DNA of 64,000 bases from Fibrobacteria bacterium. Its GTDB lineage: Bacteria; Fibrobacterota; Fibrobacteria; UBA11236. The notes beneath the pieces are model-generated. The model was not told where the DNA came from. It searched no databases and saw only the letters and a list, made by a program, of their open reading frames with translations. Both the position numbers and the translations under genes were made by a program. Positions within the stretch are counted from its first letter, which is position 1, and each line of letters opens with the position of its first letter. The DNA lies in assembly GCA_021155885.1 (NCBI GenBank), contig JAJNBB010000001.1, forward strand, positions 5,698 through 69,697. The letters are read 5' to 3'. Shown here one piece after another: positions 59,290 through 64,000 of the stretch.

Positions 59290-59882
59290 GCGAAGAAACG
59301 TCCAAGGGTTTTTCCATTGTCGTCGCGATGGACAAGAACCGCGGGATCGGCAACCAGGGCGGCCTGCCGTGGCCCAAACTCAAGGGGGACATGAAGTTCT
59401 TCCGTGACCTCACGACGAATCCCGACCGGGCCGTGGCGGAGGTATCTCACGGGTTACCCTCCGGCGGGGAGCCCGTCACCTATTCCGACGAGACCTGCAA
59501 TGCCGTCCTGATGGGCCGCAAGACCTGGGAAAGCCTTCCGGCCGCCTACCGCCCGCTGCCCGGCCGCCTGAACGGCATCTTGTCGCGCGCGGGCCTGGAC
59601 GTCGGGGAAGACGCCGAAGTCTGGGAGTCACTGGACCGCGCGCTCGAGGACCTGGACGATACCGACGCCCTGGGAGGCTTGTTCGTGATCGGCGGCGCCC
59701 AGATTTTCGCCGCCGCGCTCGCGCACCCCGACTGCCTCCGCTTGTACGTCACCGAGATCGATGCGGAGTTTGCCTGCGACACCTTCTTCCCGGCCACCCC
59801 CGACTTCATTCCCAAGGCCTCCTCGGATTGGAAGGAAGAGAACGGGTTACGATACCGTTTCCGGCGTTACGAGCGGTGGTAG
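59286..59882 (+). CDS. folA: dihydrofolate reductase
   Basis: The GTG start overlaps the thyA stop (GTGA). [30 protein letters not shown] and VIGGAQIF motifs. Confidence 0.85.
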   Translation: MSEETSKGFSIVVAMDKNRGIGNQGGLPWPKLKGDMKFFRDLTTNPDRAVAEVSHGLPSGGEPVTYSDETCNAVLMGRKTWESLPAAYRPLPGRLNGILSRAGLDVGEDAEVWESLDRALEDLDDTDALGGLFVIGGAQIFAAALAHPDCLRLYVTEIDAEFACDTFFPATPDFIPKASSDWKEENGLRYRFRRYERW

Positions 59883-59893
59883 GGGCGGGGAGC

Positions 59894-60107
59894 GTTGGGG
59901 GTTGGTGGTTGGGAGTTGGGGGTTAGCACAAACTTCGGCTTCCTTCCCGCGAAGCGTGGATCCCCGCCTGCGCGGGGATGAGGTGGTGGGTGCATCCCCT
60001 GCGGCGTGGGTCCCCGCCTACGCGGGGATGACGATGTAGTTCGCGCCCCTCCTCCAGGCGGGCACCAGCCCGCCGTGACTCCCACCACCAACCACCAACC
60101 ACCAACG
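59894..60107. repeat. heptamer inverted-repeat element E11 (GTTGGGG/GTTGGTG family) with nested palindromic repeats
   Basis: Left arm gttgggg gttggtg gttggga gttgggg gtt (59894-59924). Right arm ccaccac caaccac caaccac caacgac (60081-60107). ~156-nt spacer carries two 30-nt palindromic repeats. Confidence 0.9.
59954..60033. repeat. two direct copies of a 30-nt palindrome-containing repeat (REP-like; resembles type I-E CRISPR repeats)
   Basis: gcgtggatccccgcctgcgcggggatgagg (59954-59983) and gcgtgggtccccgcctacgcggggatgacg (60004-60033) are 27/30 identical. Each has the stem tccccgc/gcgggga with a 4-nt loop. They are separated by 20 nt. Confidence 0.8.
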
Positions 60108-60143
60108 ACGAAGTATGGCCCACAGAGAGTAAATTTTCCCATC

Positions 60144-61541
60144 ATGGCCCTCCGGAAACTCGAAACCCAGCTGCTGTACCCCGAATTCGTGCAGGCCGTG
60201 GAAACGGGCGACACGGAGGCGCTGGAGGCTTTGCGCGAACACCTGACGATGGAGGACATCGCGGAGCTGGTGGGAGAGCTGGAGGGGCCGGGCCGCGCGG
60301 ATTTCCTGAGCAAGGTTCCCGCGACCGAGGCGGCGGAGATTTTTCAGCAGTTGGATCTGACGGCGCAGCGCGAGACGCTGGACCTGCTTTCGACCTCGCG
60401 CATGGCGGGCATCATCAACGAGATGGATCCCGACGATCGCACGGCGCTGCTGGAGACGCTGCCGTCCCACAACACCAAGAGCCTGCTGAGCTTCCTGCGC
60501 CCGCGCGAGCGCGCGCAGGCGCAAAAGCTGCTGGATTTCCCCGAGGACAGCGTGGGCCGCCTGATGACGCCCGACTTTTTGGCCATCCGCAAGGAATGGA
60601 CGGTGGGCCGTTCGCTGGATTTCATCCGCTTCAACGGCGAGGACAAGGAAACCCTGAACGACATCTACGTGGTGGACCGCCAGGGCAAGCTGCTGGACGA
60701 CATCCCCATCCGCGAGTTCCTGCTGTCGCCGGGAGATCGCGCCATCGCGGACGTGATGGACGGGCACTACACGGCCCTGCTCGCCACCGCGCCGCAGGAA
60801 GAGGCCATCCAGGCCTTCAAGAAGTACAGCGCGCGCACGGCGCTGCCCGTGGTGGACGAGGAAGGTTTGCTCCTTGGCATCGTGACGATCGACGATATCC
60901 TGCACCTCGAGGAAAAGGAGACCACCGAGGACATCCAGAAGTTCGGCGGCGCGGCCCCCCTGGAGGAATCGTACCTCGAGGTTTCGTTCTGGAGCATGCT
61001 GCGCAAGCGCAGCGTGTGGCTGATCGTGCTGTTCTTCGGCCAGATGCTGACCGCCTCGGCGATGAGCTTCTACCAGATGGAAATCAGCAAGGCCGTCGTG
61101 CTGGCGCTGTTCATCCCCCTCATCATCAGCAGCGGCGGCAACTCCGGATCGCAGGCGGCCACACTGGTGATCCGCGCCCTCGCGCTGGGGGAGGTGGCCT
61201 TCACCGACGTGTGGAAGGTCCTGCGCCGCGAACTCCTCGTCGGGCTCGGCATGGGCCTCATCCTGGGCGTGATCGGGCTGTTGCGCGTTGTCCTGTGGGG
61301 CACCGCGTTCCAGTCCTACGGAGACCATTACCTCACCCTGGGTCTCGCCGTGGGCGTGGCGGTGATCAGCGTGGTCGCCTGGGGCAACATCGTCGGCTCC
61401 ATGCTCCCGCTGGTGCTCAAGCGCCTCGGACTCGATCCCGCGACCTCCTCCGCCCCCTTCGTGGCCACCTTCATCGACGTCACGGGGATCGTCATCTATT
61501 TCAACATCGCCTTGCTGGTGATGAGCGGGCGGTTGTTTTAG
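60144..61541 (+). CDS. mgtE: magnesium transporter MgtE
   Basis: N-domain, tandem CBS region (LPVVDEEGLLLGIVTIDDIL) and C-terminal TM domain with GGNSGSQ. 465 aa from the ATG at 60144. Confidence 0.9.
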   Translation: MALRKLETQLLYPEFVQAVETGDTEALEALREHLTMEDIAELVGELEGPGRADFLSKVPATEAAEIFQQLDLTAQRETLDLLSTSRMAGIINEMDPDDRTALLETLPSHNTKSLLSFLRPRERAQAQKLLDFPEDSVGRLMTPDFLAIRKEWTVGRSLDFIRFNGEDKETLNDIYVVDRQGKLLDDIPIREFLLSPGDRAIADVMDGHYTALLATAPQEEAIQAFKKYSARTALPVVDEEGLLLGIVTIDDILHLEEKETTEDIQKFGGAAPLEESYLEVSFWSMLRKRSVWLIVLFFGQMLTASAMSFYQMEISKAVVLALFIPLIISSGGNSGSQAATLVIRALALGEVAFTDVWKVLRRELLVGLGMGLILGVIGLLRVVLWGTAFQSYGDHYLTLGLAVGVAVISVVAWGNIVGSMLPLVLKRLGLDPATSSAPFVATFIDVTGIVIYFNIALLVMSGRLF

Positions 61542-61545
61542 GAAA

Positions 61546-61648
61546 GTTGTCGGTACTTAGTTGTTGGTTGTTGGTGAACGCAATTCTCTTCCTTTGACGC
61601 CACCCGGCCGTCGGCCTATCCGATTACCAACAACTAACAACCAACAAC
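61546..61648. repeat. heptamer inverted-repeat element E12 (GTTGTTG family)
   Basis: Left arm gttgtcg gtactta gttgttg gttgttg gtg (61546-61576) begins 4 nt after the mgtE TAG. Right arm ttaccaacaactaacaaccaacaac (61624-61648) ends 10 nt before the ATG at 61659. Confidence 0.9.
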
Positions 61649-61658
61649 CCGCAATTTT

Positions 61659-62165
61659 ATGCATCCTCACGTCCCCTTCGACCTAACTCCCTACCTGGCT
61701 TCGCTCGCCCCCGCCTCCCGCGTCCTCGACCTGGGGTCGGGCACGGGGAGGCGGGCGGAGGCTCTCCGGAGCGCCGGCTTTCGCGTATGCGCGCTGGACC
61801 TCGATGTGGACGCCCTGTCCACCGCCCGCTCCCTGTATCCGGGCCTGGCCGCCTGCGCCGGCCGGGCCGAGGCGCCTCCGTTCGCCGCGGCTGTATTTGA
61901 CGGGGTCGTGTGCATCGACGTCCTGCACTGGTGCGCGGACGCGACGGCGTTCGAAGCGGCCTGGAAGGGAGCGTGGGAGGTATTGCGTCCCGGGGGGGTA
62001 TTCTTCGCGCGCCTGCGGACGCGGGAGTTCGCCCCGGAATCCGAAGGCTGGTTTCTGGCGGACCGCAGGCTGCTCGAAGAGCTGGCGGCGCGCGTCGGGG
62101 GAGAGTGGCTTCCGACCCTCACCCGGGACGGGGACTCGGTTATTTTCCTTTTAAGGAAACCTTAG
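61659..62165 (+). CDS. class I SAM-dependent methyltransferase
   Basis: Motif I VLDLGSGTGRRA, then an acidic residue ending beta-2 (ALDLD). 168 aa. Confidence 0.8.
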   Translation: MHPHVPFDLTPYLASLAPASRVLDLGSGTGRRAEALRSAGFRVCALDLDVDALSTARSLYPGLAACAGRAEAPPFAAAVFDGVVCIDVLHWCADATAFEAAWKGAWEVLRPGGVFFARLRTREFAPESEGWFLADRRLLEELAARVGGEWLPTLTRDGDSVIFLLRKP

Positions 62166-62198
62166 CTTCTCTGTTCCGATGGTCGGGGATTGGCGTAC

Positions 62199-62218
62199 GG
62201 GCGCACGGCCGTGCGCCC
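62199..62218. terminator. GC-rich perfect palindrome between convergent genes (possible bidirectional terminator)
   Basis: gggcgcacgg/ccgtgcgccc with no clear U-tract. Confidence 0.45.
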
Positions 62219-62221
62219 CTC

Positions 62222-63331
62222 CTAAATCCCCACCATCATCCCGAAGCTGCCGGTGGGGTATTTAGACACCGCGACGTCAAGGTTCAAATTGATGGCCAGC
62301 ACGCGCACGTTGACCCCGACGGTGCCGCGCACCTTGTTTTCGCCTTCGAGCGAAAATTTCACCGGGTGCGACTGGGCGTTCATGTCGCGGTAGGTGTAGG
62401 TGAAGTCGATCTGCGTGTTCTCGTACTGGACGCCGCCGTACGGGGTGACCCCCACGAAGCGTTCCCCGAAGGTCCTGCTGACGTTCAGCGCGACCGCCCA
62501 GGATTTCGCGACCATCAGGTCGCCCACCTCGAGCTTCTGGTTGAAAAATCCGAAGCCGAAATCGATCGGCAACGTTTGCTCGAACCAGACGGCGGGATTG
62601 TGCTGGACCCCGATGCCGAAAAGCTTGACGGTGCCGAGTTCCTCGAGCGTTTGGGTTTCGGGAAGCCAGCGCAAAGTCACGTTGGTTCCCATGACGGTTC
62701 CCAAGGTGAGCTGCGGAATGAACAGGGGCACGGCCTGGAGGCGTCCGATCAATCCCGGCAGGTTCCCGAGCAGGCCCGAAGCGCCGCGCACGGTGAGCGT
62801 ATCGTCCTTCACGGTCACGGTGTCGAATCCGGGAACGAAGATTTTCCGTTCGGAGAAATAAATCCTGACGGTGTCGCGGTTCGAACCGAGGACGGTGGGG
62901 CCGCTAAAGCGGACCTCCTGCTCCTCGCGAATCAGGACCATGGCCAGGGAGTCGCGGATGGCGTCGGCGTTCGATCCCATCCCGGTGGTGTCGGCGCCCG
63001 CGGCGATATGCCGGGCGTTCGCGGTGTCGAAGGCGAAGGCGACCCGCATGTCCAGCTTTTTTTTCCCGCTGCCGACCAAGGTGGCCATGGTGACGATGCC
63101 GCCCTCGACATTGAAGCCGAACTTGCGGGGGGAGGGAGGCTTATGATACCAGCCGGTATTCAGATTGGCCCCGAATCCGGAAGGAACGGAGGCGACGTAG
63201 GCCTTGGCGAGCTCCGGTTGAAGCCTGGAAATGGTGTTTTCCCAGTCCTGCGCGGCCGCGCTGCCGATCCCGAACACCCCCAAGGCCAAGGCGGCGAACG
63301 GTAGGGACAGGATTGTCTTCGGCGCTTTCAT
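62222..63331 (-). CDS. outer-membrane beta-barrel-like protein (hypothetical)
   Basis: ATG at 63331 preceded by ggag. Signal peptide MKAPKTILSLPFAALALGVFGIGSAAA. Alternating beta-strand pattern throughout. Confidence 0.6.
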   Translation of the reverse strand: MKAPKTILSLPFAALALGVFGIGSAAAQDWENTISRLQPELAKAYVASVPSGFGANLNTGWYHKPPSPRKFGFNVEGGIVTMATLVGSGKKKLDMRVAFAFDTANARHIAAGADTTGMGSNADAIRDSLAMVLIREEQEVRFSGPTVLGSNRDTVRIYFSERKIFVPGFDTVTVKDDTLTVRGASGLLGNLPGLIGRLQAVPLFIPQLTLGTVMGTNVTLRWLPETQTLEELGTVKLFGIGVQHNPAVWFEQTLPIDFGFGFFNQKLEVGDLMVAKSWAVALNVSRTFGERFVGVTPYGGVQYENTQIDFTYTYRDMNAQSHPVKFSLEGENKVRGTVGVNVRVLAINLNLDVAVSKYPTGSFGMMVGI

Positions 63332-63400
63332 AACGGACTCCAAGAAATGGATTCCGCAAAAAGTAGCATGAACGGCAGCGGCGAAAGCGTCCGCGGGGGC

Positions 63401-64000
63401 CTAAAAGGCCCCTAAAGCTATGCGCAAAGTGGCAAAACCTCCCCAGCCGTGTCCGCCGGGACTCCAGCCCCAGCGCCCGGTGATCTGGTAAATGTCGCTG
63501 CCGAACATCTGGCGGAACCGCAGCGCGGCGCCCAGTCGCTGGATATAGATCTGACGGGTGGGGAAGTCCTCGCGCCATAGGCTCGGTCCGACGTAAAAAC
63601 CGTATCCCAGGGCCCCGAGCGCCTCCACCCGGGAAAAGACCACGACATTGTCCTCGCGGAAGCCGTCCCGGATGATTTTGCTCAAGGTACCGTTCCGCGA
63701 AAGGGAGTCGCGGTTGATGATGTCGGTCGTGTCGCGGAAAAGCGTAAGGAGGGTGCTGCTGTCGGTCGCCATCATCGCCTGGTGGATGTGGGCGGAGACT
63801 TCCATTTCGATCCAGGAAAGGGGGGAATTCGAAAAATGCCACTCGCCGTTGATGCGGGCATAAACGCCGCCCGTGATGATGCGGGGCGCGGGCGTGCGGA
63901 AACCGAGGCCTATGTCCGCCCAGAGCGTGCGGCCCAGGCTTTCCGCTTCGCGGCCGAGCAGGTTGCCGCCGAAGAAAAAGAAGGGGGTTTCCTTGAAGGC
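63401..64000 (-). CDS. outer-membrane beta-barrel protein, C-terminal part (partial; runs off the window)
   Basis: The frame stays open from 63805 up to 64000 (hand translation ...AFKETPFFFFGGNLLGREAESLGRTLWADIGLGFRT...). It ends ...GWGGFATLRIALGAF, a terminal aromatic residue typical of OM barrels. Confidence 0.5.
   Translation of the reverse strand, partial: AFKETPFFFFGGNLLGREAESLGRTLWADIGLGFRTPAPRIITGGVYARINGEWHFSNSPLSWIEMEVSAHIHQAMMATDSSTLLTLFRDTTDIINRDSLSRNGTLSKIIRDGFREDNVVVFSRVEALGALGYGFYVGPSLWREDFPTRQIYIQRLGAALRFRQMFGSDIYQITGRWGWSPGGHGWGGFATLRIALGAF

Noticed and set aside
59954-60033. Possible CRISPR array (repeats resembling type I-E).
   Set aside because: There are only two repeat copies, and the intervening 20 nt is far shorter than I-E spacers (~32 nt). 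I recognised no leader and no cas genes anywhere in the 64 kb. It is kept as a REP-like repeat or possible remnant instead.
59883-60143. M-box (ykoK) Mg2+ riboswitch in the long mgtE leader; likewise a TPP riboswitch upstream of thiL (16959-17002).
   Set aside because: I could not recognise the conserved M-box core by eye, and the leader is fully accounted for by E11 plus the two palindromic repeats. The thiL upstream gap (~44 nt) is too short for a TPP aptamer. An Rfam scan would be decisive.

Overview
High-GC bacterial chromosomal segment that is densely coding and mostly housekeeping. Recognised genes are pgi, miaA, pdxJ, thiL, uppP, accD, folC, pyrD, pyrE, aconitase, dnaN, fabV, sdhCAB, thyA-folA and mgtE. 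There are also three tRNAs, an envelope-stress/efflux operon (CpxP-like, TolC, adaptor, ABC ATPase, permease, response regulator, kinase), a TetR-MFS pair, a K+ channel and many secreted or outer-membrane proteins. At least five secreted proteins end in a similar ~70-80 aa FlgD-Ig/T9SS-like C-terminal domain. Together with the b558-type three-subunit SDH, FabV and a ~750 aa aconitase, this suggests an FCB-superphylum-like organism; that is inference only. I recognised no transposase, integrase, cas or defence genes.

The most unusual signal is non-coding. Twelve intergenic loci carry inverted-repeat elements whose arms are tandem 7-nt units, falling into six sequence families: GGTAGGA, AATGATG, GTACTCG, GTTGGGG/GTTGGTG, GTTGTTG and GACGGGG. 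All have the same polarity, and the arm pair typically spans from the upstream stop codon to just before the next start codon. Arms at different loci of one family match each other nearly perfectly, so they form long-range inverted repeats that bracket folC and thyA-folA-mgtE. One element also contains two 30-nt palindromic repeats that resemble type I-E CRISPR repeats.

All matches were counted by hand. No folding energies or database searches could be run.
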